A DNA stretch of 64,000 bases from Hypanus sabinus. Its lineage: Eukaryota. Shown one piece after another: positions 24,901 through 37,949 of the stretch. The notes below the pieces were generated by a model, which saw nothing but the letters and a program-made list of their open reading frames with translations, was not told the origin of the DNA and searched no databases. A program made the translations under genes and the position numbers. The DNA lies in contig NC_082713.1 in assembly GCF_030144855.1 (NCBI RefSeq), positions 142,476,001 through 142,540,000 of the forward strand, written 5' to 3'. The stretch's first letter is position 1. Each line of letters opens with the position of its first letter.

Positions 24901-27882
24901 GCCATTAGAGACTCCTCTGACACTCTTACATATATCCCTATCCCTCTATTTTCTGAATATTCATGTATCTATCCAGGAGCCTATGTACTTTTTAAGTTAT
25001 CATGTAGAAATATTGAATTTGCTAGACATGGAAAATTCAAGTTCTAAACTTCTCACCAAGCAAACATGAGGCTAAGAAAGGTACAGTAGAATCTGTTTGG
25101 GAACAGATGACCTGAAGTTATTAGTTGCTTTCATTATGCTACACTAACCATACATTGGGGTTAAAACCTGGTCTTGACGGATTAAGTTAAACATATTGTG
25201 CAGCAGAGGTTGCACTTGGTACTGTGTTTCTGAAATATTGTTTTACTGAAGTAAATGGAAGGAATTTTGGAATTGGAACACATTAAGCAATAGTTAATAT
25301 ATTGCTTGTTTTGAACAATCAATCAAGGGTGACTTTCTACCAGGTTTATGTAGTTGTGCTTCAAAGTATGCATTTGTTGTGGCTCCAAAACAATATTTTC
25401 AAGAATTGCATTTTAATGAATTGTTATCTACTTTTATCACCCCACACCCAGTGCCATAGTACTGTAAATTAGTTTTGGTTTTGGTCTCTTTTCAAAGAGT
25501 TGACTTTATCCCATGGTTCTACTACTGAGGGTCTGGTTAGACAAGGCTCATCAAGATTCCTGGGGTTCCCCTTAGTTGTTGACTTTCACCTTTGAAAATT
25601 CAAAGTTTATTAAATAAATAAATGATCTGATTCTAAGAATTCATCTTCATTATTTATATATTTACCTTATATCTCAGTAATTAAAATTTAGCGCAATGTA
25701 ACTGTGATAAGATTTTCTGTTAATCCATTTCTCAAAATAATTCACTTTTCAAGAGATTTGTTTTCCAACAAAATTGCAAGAACTGCTACACCTACCCTTT
25801 TATTTCTGCCAAAACACCCTTTCTAGATGGAAGAAGTTATTTTATTATGTCAGCTAGTTTCTTCTACAATAAGGAATGGAAATAGTGCAATTACTTCGCA
25901 GGAGGCTTCCTCAGGTGCAAGTATAAGCCCGAGTTTCTGGTTTACTGATATTTAGATTCTCCATCATATGCCCACTCTTTTTTTTCATCCTCAACTTCCC
26001 ACATTGTTCTAATGAAGCAAAATGGTAATTTGAGGAACAGTATTTCATCTTTCAATATGTTACCCATCAGCCTCTCGCTTCAGCATTCAACTTGACCAGT
26101 TCAGATTAGAACCATTGGTCTCAATATTTCATACTCCAGCTGTTGTTAATGATTGCACAATTGCATTTGGCACTTCAAAATTCATCATGTCCTTTAGCTC
26201 ATTACATATTTGCTTTGCCTCATAGCACGATCCATTTTGATTTTCAGTATCTTCTGATTGCACTTTATGAAAGATTTCCCCTGTTCTCTCCTCTTGTCTT
26301 CCTTCCTTAACTTTGTACTAGTGTTATAAGTGGCTGAATCTCTTTTTTCATTCCTTGTTTTAAGTTGTCTCTCTACTCTGTTTCCCTCTCCACTGATGTT
26401 CTCAGATATTTAAAAAAAATCATAGTTCAAAGTTCTTATATTTGAAATCTGTTTGCTTTGTTGGTTTCTGTTTCACTATTACCTGGACATGTTAAATATT
26501 TCCATGTAATTACTGTACCTTACATCTCTTTCAATATTATTACTTCAGGGCCCTTTATGTCAATTTATCTCCCTTCCTGAAATCTGATTCGATAAGTGAG
26601 TAGCCATTGTACCATCTGGTCAATGAGTTTGAAAGAAAACCAAATGAGCCCTGGGCCAAGCAAGGAACTTGAGAAATACAAAACATAACTTTGGACTAAA
26701 TTCAAATCTCTTTTTTTTCCTGTTGATGTTAATGTGACTTATTCTAATTTGCTAACATTTGGTTTGGATCTCTGATTTGCTATCACATGGCTTTATATAT
26801 TTCATGTTCTAAATGTTCCCTTCTTTGACATTAAGAATATAAGAAATCTAAACAGAAATAGGTCATTCAGCCACCATACCACCCTTCCCACAAGCCTGCT
26901 TTGGCATTCAACAAGATAATGACTGATCTTCTATCTCATCGTTTCTTGACCCTTGATTTCCTTAATATTTAAGTAGATATTACCCTAATATCTAATTTCA
27001 AAGGGTAGTGGTTACTTTGAAACAAACCAAAACCACTTAGAGACTAAGCATGGGGTGTTGACACCTTATGATGCACCATCCATCCAACAACAAAGTTCCA
27101 AAGTCAAAGAATACATTCGACCTTTTATTAAGAAACTTGAAAAAAAACAATGAAATGATAAAAACTTGAAACAATAAACACTGCCTACTGAAATTAAAAC
27201 TAGTGATATAATGAAATAAACGGCCTCAGCATATTAAATGTACTTAAGTCAAGCATTCTTAAATGCATTCAAATATTTTTAAAAGAATTTAAGCAATTTT
27301 AAGCGATCAACAAAAAACTTATCATCCCTGACCCTCTCTTTAGCTCTACCCAAACTAGATTGACTAAAACAGAAAGAATGAATATGTAACTAAACTCTTC
27401 ACTTCTACCACACTCCAACCCACGTGATTTACTACCCACGATAAAATAATACAGCACAGATAGAAAATAGATACATGGCTCCTACACAAAGTATACCAAA
27501 CAACAGATCCTCCACAGCCTGTAGATTTTGAACATTTATTCCCCTATGTGTTGTTTTTGCCACATGGTTCATTATTGATCTAGTACAGCTTCTCTCAAAT
27601 GCAAATAATAAACAAGGATTTTCTTTTGTGTTTTTGTAACCTGTGCCAACATGAATTTGAGTTTCATCAACAGACGGTTTCTCTAAAGTCTTGCTCAGTT
27701 TAATATTTTCTGTTGCATTTGCCTGAACAGCAAGTAATGATAGCATAGTTTGTTGCAGAATGGGGAAGAGTATTAGCACCACAAGCTTCACAGAGAAATA
27801 TAGCCATGCAATAATCACTTGCTCATCAATTAAAACTAAAATCTAAGTCTTCATCTTCTAGTCCACCATTCTGGTCACCTTG

Positions 27883-30485
27883 GAACATAGAAAAATACAG
27901 CACAGTACTGGCCCTTCAGCCCATGATGTTATGCTGACCTACATAAACATACTCCATGATCAATCTAACCCCTCCCTCCTACACAGCCCACATCTCCAGT
28001 TTTCCTACATCCATATATGTGTTTATCTAAGATTCTTTTAGAGGTTTCTATTGTATCAGCTCCATCTCCACTCTCTGCAATGGGTTCCAGGCACTCACCA
28101 CTCTTTGTGTAAAAAGTACCACCTCTGACATTACCTACAAACTTTCTTCCACTCACCTTAAACAGCTATCCTCTGCTATTGGTCATTGCTATCCTGGGAA
28201 AAAGATGTTGGCTCTCCACTCTATCTATACCTCTCATAATCTTATACACTTCGATTAAGTCATCACTCATCCATCATTCAAAAGAGAAAAGCCCAACATC
28301 ACTCAATCTTTCCTTATAAAATATGCTCTTTAATCCTGGCAGCATCCTGGTAAATCTCCTCTGAAACCTCTATAAAGCTTCCACATCCTTCCTATAATGA
28401 TGCAACCAGAACTGAACACTAAGTGTGCTCTGACCCGAGTTTAATATGGCTCTTGACTAATATTCCCCTGACTAATAAAGGCCAGCACACCATAGTCCTT
28501 CTTAACTGCCCTATCAACACACGTAACTTTGAGGGATCTATGCACTTAGATCGCAAGAATCCTCAGCTTTTCCCTGCTGCTAAGGAACCTGCCATTGATC
28601 TTGAACTAGCAACGTGGAAACATAGGAAACCTACAGCACAATACAGGCCCTTTAGCCTGCAAAGTTGTGCCGAACATGTCTTTACCTTAGAACTACCTGG
28701 GCTTACACATAGCCCTCTGTTTTTCTAAGCTCCCTGTACCCATCCAGGCGTCTCTTAAAAGACCCTATCGTTTCCACCTCCTCCATTGCCGCCGGCAGCT
28801 CATTCCACGCACTCACCACTCTCTGAATAAAAAACTTTTCCCTGACATCTCCTCTGTAACTACTTCCAAGCACCGTAAAACTATGCCCTCTCGTACCAGT
28901 CATTTCAGCCCTGGGAAAAAGTCACATGATCAAAGTCTCATTATCTTGTACACCTCTATCAGGTCACCTCTCATCCTCTGTCTCTCCAAGGAAAAAAAGC
29001 TGAGTTCACTCAAACTATTCTCATAAGGTATGCTCCCCAATCCAGGCAACATCCTTGTAAATCTCCTCTGCACCCTTTCTGTGGTTTCCACATCCTTCCT
29101 GTAGTGAGGCGACCAGAACTGAGCACAGTACTCCAAGTGGGGTCTGACCAGTCCTATATAGCTGCAACATTATCTCTCGGTTCTTAAACTCAAACCCAGG
29201 ATTGATGAAGACCAGTACACTGTATGCCTTCTTAACCACAGAGTCAACCTGCGCAGTAACTTTAAGTGTCCTATTGATTCAGACCCGAAGATCCCTCTGA
29301 TCTTCCACACTGCCAAGAGTCTTGCCATTAATGCTATATTCTGCCATCATATTTGACCTACCAAAATGAACCACCTCACACTTATCTGGGTTGAACTCCA
29401 TTTGCCACTTCTCAGCCCAGGTTTGCATCCTATCTAGGTCTCACTGTTACCTCCGAGAGCCCTCCACACTATCCACAACACCCCCAACCTTTTTGTCATC
29501 AACAAATTTACTAACCCATCCCTCCACTTCTTCATCCAGGTCATTTATGAAAATCACGAAGAGTAGGGGTCCCAGAACAGATCCCTGAAGCACACCACTG
29601 GTCGCCCGCCTCCATGCAGAATATGCCCATCTTCAGCCACTTTTGCATTCTGTGGGCAAGCCAGTTCTGGATCAATAAAGCAATGTTTTCTTGGATCCCA
29701 TGCCTCCATACTTTTCCAATAAGTATGCATGGGGTACCTTATCAAATGCCTTGCTGAAATCCATATACATTGCATCTACAGCTCTACCTTCATTAACGTG
29801 TTTAGTCACATCCTCAAAAAATTCAATCAGGCTCATAAGGCATGATCTGCCTTTGACAAAGCCATGCTGACTATTCCTAATCATATTATGCCTCTCCAAA
29901 TGATCATAAATCCTGCCTTCAAGTTTGATCTTTCAAAGTGTATCAGCTTGTATTGAACGCCACCTGCCACTTCTCTGCCCATCTCTGCACCTTGTCTATA
30001 TATTGTTGTAAAGTGTATTCTGTCTGGAGAGCTAACTATATTCTACCTATATCAACCTTCTATGCTATCCACAATGTCTCCAACTTTTGTGTCATCTCCA
30101 AATTTACTAACTCACAGTCCACTTCCTCATCCAAGTCACTGATGTCCAGGCAGAATACTCTATATCTACTACCACTCTTTGCCTTCTGTCAATTCCAAAT
30201 CCACGCAGATAAGTCATCATGTATCCCATGCCTAGTGACTCTCTGGAGAGGCATACCACAGGGAACCTTGTCAAACACCTTATCAAAATCCATATACTGT
30301 ACACCACTCTCTACCTTCATCAATTTGTTTTGTCATCTTCTCGAAAAACTTAGTTGATCTTGTGAGGCATGACTTGCCCTTCACAAAGCCATGTTGACTA
30401 TCCCAAATAAGACCATGCTTCTTCAAAAGCTCATAAATCCTGTACCTAAGAACTCTCCCTAGTAGTTTTTCCACCACTGACATAA
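27883..30485 (-). mobile_element. Older CR1 with a younger CR1 (about 28603-29924) nested inside
   Basis: Two sets of CR1 RT motifs (SQHGFVKG, MDFSKAFDKVPH, EYCAQFWSPHYRKD); ttgatctt flanks the inner copy at 28595-28602 and 29925-29932. Confidence 0.85.
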
Positions 30486-31941
30486 AAATTACAATATGAA
30501 ACTAGTAAAGCTCCTCAGGAGCCAAATCTGAAATATTCTGGTCTGTACAAATAGTGATGTGTACCAAGCAATATGAAAAGCATGCATGACCTCATAGTGA
30601 TTTGAAATATGTTTCTGCTTTAAAATGTAAATCTTTCATATCCCTCATATTGATGTATTTAATACATGTAAACTTTCCTTGTTTGATCCAGTGTCAACTT
30701 AAACCAGCTTCTCTATCATTAGAACTTAAGCAAATCTATTTTGAGTGCTAATTCTTTCTACAAATGCTGCTTGAGCTGCTAAATGTTTGCAACACTTCTT
30801 GTTTTCATTTCATATTTCCAACATCTGCAGTACTTGTGGATTGAAATTCACTGTCTTTATTTAGTTAACAATATAATCTATCTTTTTCAACTAAGTAGAT
30901 ATTCCAAAGCAAACTTTTTTGGCTCTATTGAAAATCATTGCCATTTATTAAATCATTTACAGCTTTGCCACTTATTATTTGCCTCTATCTTCTTTTGATA
31001 CCATTTCAACACTAAGTGCACCATACTGCGTCATAGGTCTTACTTCTATATAACCTACAGCTACTTATGGGAATTTCATTTATAGTGGAATAAAACATAC
31101 ACAAAGGGGAAATTCAATTTTCTGAACAAAAGGTGAAATGCAGGCTTTACCTCATGGGACATTTCACTTATGCATGTATTGATACCCCAGTTGTAATAAC
31201 AAAAAAAATCTGAAAATTCCACTGAAAAATAAGTATTTTTTACAGAAGGCAACTCTAATGAATGAGCATGCAGGAACATTCTCATACTTTGGCTAAGAAA
31301 CAAACAGTTTGACAAAATGCAGTTTCCATAGTTACTCTGAAGTAACCATGGAAACTGCATTTCCTGTGTTGAGGATGCTGGGTTTTACAAATAGGCTTGA
31401 TTCTCTATAGTCCTGTCTAGTTTAGCATTCTTGAACAGCAAGTAGTGGTAGAAATGTAACAGAAACTGGAGGTCTGAGAGAAAAATAGAAAATGCAGGAA
31501 ACATCGGATGACCCTGCTTCTGTGGTGAGAGAAACAGAGTTAACTAAGGAAAGTTATGATGGGAGACCTGTTTCTTTTTCTTTGCTGTGTGGTTCTGGCA
31601 TATTCTGTTTTTAATTCCATTTGCTTTCTTTGGTTTCATAATATTGCTAAAAAAAAAACAGCACTGAATATGGAGGCTGTCTGGCCCATACAGTGAAAAT
31701 GCATTAAGAAGGATTTAAGTTAAATTGTTTGTAATACTAGAAGTGCAGCTCTTTATATCAGTTTATAGAATAAGCATAAAGTTTCCAAAAACATTCCATT
31801 TTATTTAACCCATTAAGTCAATTATGAAAATACCTAAATAAAGCCTGTTCTTCATTTCACCTTTACAGCAGCCAGTAATATTACATGTAGTTTTTTCAAT
31901 AGAAGTAAGATCTGGATATCCAGTTATAAACAAGATAGTGT

Positions 31942-32725
31942 CACACACAGAATGCTGCAGGAACTCAGTAGGTCAAGCAGCATCTATGGAGAGGAATAAG
32001 GAGTCAAATTTCAGGCCAAGACCCTTGATCAGGATGGGAGAGGAAGGGAGAAAATCCCAGATGGGGGTAGGGGAAGGAGTACAAGCTGGAAGGTAATAGG
32101 TGAAGTCAGGTGAGGAGGAAGGAAGGTGAATAGTGGGAGGGGTGGGGGAGATGGGATGAGAAATTGGGAGATGGTAGGTGGATAAGGTAAAAGGCTGAAA
32201 AAGAATGATAGGAGAGGAGAGTGGACCATGGGAGAAGAGGAAGGAGGAAGGGCACAAGAGGGAGGTGATAGGTAGGTGAGGAGAAGAGAAGGGGTAAGAG
32301 GAGAGCCAGCATGGGAGATATTAAAGCAGAGACGAGGAAGAAGTTAGTGGGAGTCGGAGAAATTGATGCTCATGCTCTTAGTTTGGACACAATATGAGGT
32401 ATGATTTCTCCAAATGGAGAAGGGCTTCATTGTGGTAGCAGGAGGCCCAGAACTAACATGTTAGAATGGGAATAGGGAGAGCAATTAAAATGGTTGGGTA
32501 CTGGGAAATTCTACTTTTGGCTCATAGAGTGGAGGTGCTGAAGGCCGTTCCTCCAGTTTACTTCGGGTTTCACCCATGTAAAGGAGGACACAGCAGGAAC
32601 ACTGGGTGCAGTAATTGATCCCAACAGACCTGCAGGTGAAGTGCTGCCTTACTTGGAAGGACTGTTTGGGGCTCTGAATGTGGTGATCTACGAGGTGAAT
32701 GGGCAGATGTAACACTTGTGGTGCT
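31942..32725 (-). mobile_element. PLE 3' part (GIY-YIG, pyrimidine-rich UTR, decayed hammerhead terminus)
   Basis: ORF 32485-32715 IQSPKQSFQVRQHFTCRSVGINYCTQCSCCVLLYMGETRSKL. Confidence 0.85.
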
Positions 32726-33384
32726 TATAAATCCCTCCTGTATTTAAAAGGATTATAGATTAGTTTAGTAAGTTCGGTTTTAAGTAATTTTATCTGCAGA
32801 AAACCCATGTAAATCTGTGAGCTAGGAGGACTACATTCTTTCTGGTAACAGCTTCACCTTATAGAAGTTTAATTTCACTGAAGCCATAACTGAACTCATT
32901 ATGCCTTACGATTCAGCCCATGGAAATTTTTCCTCTAAAAGTACCAAACTCTGCACAGATACAGTTTCCTTCATGTATTTCCCCGCCTTTTTGCATATTT
33001 TATGGCCTAGGATTAGGATTAAGTTAATTATGTGATAGCACCTAAACGCACAGAAACTGCAATGCATACATAAAGTCAAAACATAATGTAAGAGATGATA
33101 TTGAAATATGAAACACAGTTGTTGAATTCTTGAAGCCACAGAAGTATTAGCTTCAGGATGCAACTGAGCAAAGCTGAATAATGTAGGATGCAAAGTTAGA
33201 TGGCTGATACAGAGTTTTGCTAGAATTGTTTTGTAAGAAACTGCTGAGAAGATAAGTATCGGTTTAACTGTATCTAAGAGTCAGAAACCTATTAGTTTCT
33301 ATTACCCAGAAAAAATGGATGCTGTGCCCAGGATCAACCAGCTCAGCTGAGCTCAGATTGTTCTACTCACACACCTGATCTTAT

Positions 33385-33700
33385 GGTCCAATTTAACTTG
33401 ACGTACAAGAGCAATTTTAAGGAGGTGTTACATTGTTGAAGGTCTTGTCACTTACATCAGATGTTTCCCCTGTTGCCACTTCAGGGGCTCAAGGTAACAT
33501 TAAAATCTCAAGCCACACTTGAAGAAGAGAAGAGAGCTCCCCTTGTTTCCAAAAAAGAATGTTTCTTCATTTAACAGCATTAAAAATAAATAAGTGCAGC
33601 ATTATATTTCATTGTGGGTGTGATATTTTGTGCTACACTTCATTACAGGTGACCTTGAAATGTCTGACAGCAGTGAAAATGGAAACTTATATATGGAAAA
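33385..33700 (+). mobile_element. Ancient Deu-domain SINE (SacSINE1/AmnSINE1-like), degenerate
   Basis: ggaggtgttacattgttgaagg...ttgaagaagagaagagagctcccc...cattatatttcattg...ctacacttca resembles the recalled Deu-domain consensus. Confidence 0.5.
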
Positions 33701-33762
33701 CTATACACTGTATACTTTTATTCCTCATTCATTCATTCTTGAAATTAATGCATACATGTTAA

Positions 33763-33801
33763 GTGTCCTGAAGAAGGGTTCTCAGCCTGAAACGTTGATG
33801 A
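33763..33801 (+). ncRNA. Minimal hammerhead ribozyme motif in a PLE terminus (terminus extends to about 33905)
   Basis: GTGTC CTGAAGA AGGG-TTCTCAG-CCT GAAA CG TT GATGA: core CUGANGA, GAAA and UH retained. Confidence 0.6.
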
Positions 33802-34059
33802 TCTATTCATTCATTTCCATAGATGTTGCCTGACTTGCTAAGTTCCTTCAGCATTTGTGTGTGTTGCTTTGGATTCCCAGCATCTGCAGACTTTCTTGCG
33901 TTCATGTTAAATGGTGCCTGCTTCTGGGATCCAAAATGTAAATTGTTTGATATATGGAAATATTTCAAACCGATTGGATTTGCAAACAATAGTGAAGGCA
34001 CTTGTTACAAATGCAAGCAAAAGGAAATTAAGTACCTCTGTCACTAAAATATGAGCACT

Positions 34060-34306
34060 GGCCAATTGCTCTGTACAGTCTCAGGTTTGTCAGCTGATCA
34101 GCAGTAAGTAGAGCAGTAGCTCTCAAGTTACTATCTATAACACAGCAGCAGCAGAGGAACTGCACAGTGGTTCTAACATCAGAGCTGGGTATGTGCCATA
34201 GGATTCATTACACTACAGCTAGCACCTTAAACTCTGGTAACACCAAACAGCAACCAGAGCATTTAGAATGACTTGAGAAACTGAGACATCAAGGTGCCAC
34301 GTAAGT
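34060..34306 (+). promoter_or_regulatory. Candidate promoter and non-coding first exon (possibly LRTM2)
   Basis: CCAAT at about 34062, CAGCTG E-box, CTATAA at about 34135, then unique sequence ending in donor CAC|GTAAGT at 34300/34301. Purely motif-based. Confidence 0.2.
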
Positions 34307-35349
34307 GCATTAAAAAAGTTTTGTTGAAATTTGAATGGTTCAGAGACTAAACACTGTAACAGGGTCTGTGCCTCTTCGTATTTTATACAGAATTCCTAAA
34401 GTGGTAGCATTCTTGCCTTGCACCATTAAATTAAATTTGTTGATTAAGCATGAAGATGTAATGCAGGAGAGAGTGACAAGATTTAACTATTCCTTGCTAG
34501 GTCTTTTTTTTTGTTTTCCACTAGGTTCTGCATGTTTGAGATATTTCTGTGGAAATGATACTGTCTTTCGATGCTACATGCTTCTGTCATTTCACCTGTT
34601 TTTAAAAAATCTGTAAATATATTTCTCCCACAAAGAGATGTGTATTATATATTGTTTCCTTAGAGTCTCTGTACATCTTCTATGTACTCATGACTTTCTT
34701 TATTGCATTTATATATTATGTATTTTTGGCATCCAGAATGTAAATAGTTAGATATATAAAATTAATTTGAACAAATTGGACTGAGGAAGAATGGTGAAGG
34801 TGCTCATTTAAAAAATAAGCAAAATGAATACAAGTATTCTATTCCTTCTACTTCCTTAACTCTTTGCACACATGAATCTGGTTTATTATCACTGGATTAT
34901 GCAGTGCTGCCAAAAAAACAATAAATGTCATAACATATGGAGTGATAATAAACCTGATTCTGATTCTGACATGAAGCAGAGATTCTATTGACAAATATAT
35001 AAACAACCAGAGATTTAGCTAAATTATGATAAAACCAAACAAATTTGCTTCTATGATAAATCTATCCTTTATTCATTTATTCACAGCATTTTATTTCATC
35101 TTAACAGTCAGTTCTGCTCAAGTCATAAATTGATATTCTGGGCCCATATTTGTTTGCAGTATATCCACTTGTTTGCTAATCCATCTATACCTACAGGGTC
35201 CTCTGTACCTCTTGTATTACTGTTTGTCACTCAGTCTATTTTTAGCTAACCACTTGTTCATTTACTTACCTGTCCAGATAGTCTGTCAGGTATCTATATC
35301 TGCCTATAGCTAATCATTTGTCAGTCTGTCCATATCTGTTACATTTATT

Positions 35350-37080
35350 GAACGTAGAATGATGCAGCACAGGAACAGGCCCTTTAGCCCACAATGTTTA
35401 TGTCAACTATGATGCCAATCCAAATTATTTTTTACTTCCTGCTTATGGTCTGTATTCCCAAATTCCCTGCATGGGTTTGTGCTTGTCTAAACTTTGTTGA
35501 ATTTCTTCTGCCGCTTACCTTTCCAGTCCAGATGAAGGCTCTTGGCCTGAAACTTCAATTGTTTATTCCTATCCATAGATGCTGTCTGACTTGCTGAGTT
35601 CCTCCAGGATCTTGTGTGTGTTGCTCAAGATTTCCAGCATCTGCAGAACCTCTTGTGTTTATTCTATTTTATTTGCTTCCACCAGTACCTCTGGCTGTAC
35701 ATTCCAGTTAACTACAACTCCCTGCATAACCCCCCTATCAACTTCAAGATTTGCCCCCATAGTATTTGACATTTCCACCCAGGGAAAAAAAGTTTCTACG
35801 TACCCTTTCATAATTTATATACTTCTATCAAGTTGCCCACAACCTCCAACATTCCAGAGAAAACAATCCTAGTTCATCTAATCTCTCTTTACAGCTAATA
35901 CTCCAATCCAGACAATATCCTGGTGAGCCTCTTCTGCACTCTTTTCAAAGCCTCCACATGCTTCCTATACAATGTTCATAACTACACATAATTCTCCATG
36001 TGAAGTCAAACCAAAGATGTCTACAACTGCAACATGACTTATTGGCTTTTATACTCAACATCATGACCAGTGAAGGTAAATATGCCGTTTTTTACCACAC
36101 AATCTACATGGTCATTTTCAGGGAGTGGCCACATAAGTAGATAGTGCGGTAGTTTCCCTAAGGATCTTACTGTTTACTGTATGATTTCCTGCGGCATTTT
36201 ACCTTCCAAAGTGCATTGCCTCACACTTGTCCTAATTAAATTCCATCTGCTATTTCTATGCCTACATTTCCAGCTGGTCTATATCCTGCTGAATCCATCG
36301 ACAAACATCCTCACTATCCACAACTCAACCAATTTTAGTGTAGTCTACAAACTTGCTATCAGCCCATTCTGGATTTCATCCAGTTCATTTATATGTGTCA
36401 CAAACAACAGAGATCCACTGGCCGCAGACCTCAGCCAGAATAATGCCAAATCACCACTACTTTCTGTTAACTATGGCTAAGGCAACTTTGAATCCAATCT
36501 AACAAACCTCCATGTGCCCTTATCTTCTGAGTCAGCCTACTATGAAGACTATTAAAGTCCATGTATACAAAACTATTACCCTGCCCTCATCAATCACCTT
36601 CATAAAAATTCAATCAAGTTTTTAAGGCATGTCCTCCTTCACATAAAGCCATATTGACTATCTCTAATAAATCTCTGCTTTTCCAGATGTGAGTAGATCT
36701 TATCCCTAAGAATATTCTTCAATAATTTGCCTACCACTGATGTAAGGCTCACCAACCAATAATTTCCAGGTTTGTTCCTATTGACTTTCTTAAACAGAAG
36801 AAAAACACTGGATATTCTTCAGTCCTCTGGGATCTTGCCTGTAGCAAAGGAGTCACAAAACTCTTTGACAAGCTTCCAGCAATCTTCTCTCTTGCCTCTC
36901 TCAATAACCTTGGGAATTATCTGCCTTAAAGTTCTTCAAGAGACCCAACATGTCCACTTTCTTAATATCAGCATATCCTAGAATATTGGCATAACTCTCG
37001 TTGATCTCACTATCCTCCATGTTGTTTTCTTTGATAATTACCAATACTACATATTCATTTAAGTAACTTGCTCCAGGCAC
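35350..37080 (-). mobile_element. Decayed CR1 LINE with a PLE terminus inserted at about 35520-35660
   Basis: CR1 tail at about 35350 and reverse RT remnants; PLE terminus with mutated core CAGATGA. Confidence 0.7.
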
Positions 37081-37949
37081 AGGAATCTCTCAAAATATTT
37101 CCTTATACCTTTGCTTCTTTTCTGTAATTACTATTTTAGTTACTGTCATTGTTTACTCTATCTAGCTGCATTTATGTCTACCATTAATGCTCCTGCCAAA
37201 TTACCCCTATCTTTAGCTGTATCAATGCCAATTAGCATTTAAGTTTATGTCTACCCTTTGAGCTCTGACCACTGATTGCAGTTATCCCTAAGTCCTCCAT
37301 CTATCTGTTCATTTCTATCTGTCTGCAGAATCTAATTGCTTGGATCCTTTAGATGAAAGTTTGATGATGGATTGTCTCATAATTTGTAGTTACAGTGATA
37401 ACTAATCTATAACAAATATTTTAAATAATTTATGATAGAGAAGAAGTAAATGCATGTTGTATGAACATGTTTTAATGATAATTGGCAGACAATCCATATT
37501 CCAGTAATATGGGAGATTAAGGCAGGGAGAGCTACTTGTGTAATTTCTCATTTTGAATGGAAGCACAAAACACCCTTCTGGGGTAAATACATAATTTAGT
37601 TTAAATTGTGGCTACATGACAATATACAGTATTTGCATTTATTCTGTTAAATACACTTCAAAATTAAACTACTGTATATATCAGGAATCTTTCAAATTCA
37701 CCATGAATATAGAGTGGGAGGACTAATGGCTGCATTAATGAGTATCTTAGCGAGTACTGATGAACAGAAGAACCCTGGAGTCTGTAGATCTTTGGAAGTG
37801 GCGATGCAGGCAGATAACGTAGTTATTTAGGAAGGTTTAGGGGATACTCGCCTTCTTTAGTGCTGGCACTAAATACTGTACAGAGTATGGAGTTTTTGTT
37901 CCAACTATATAGAAAGTTGTTCAGATCTCAGCTGTGTGTAATTCTCACA

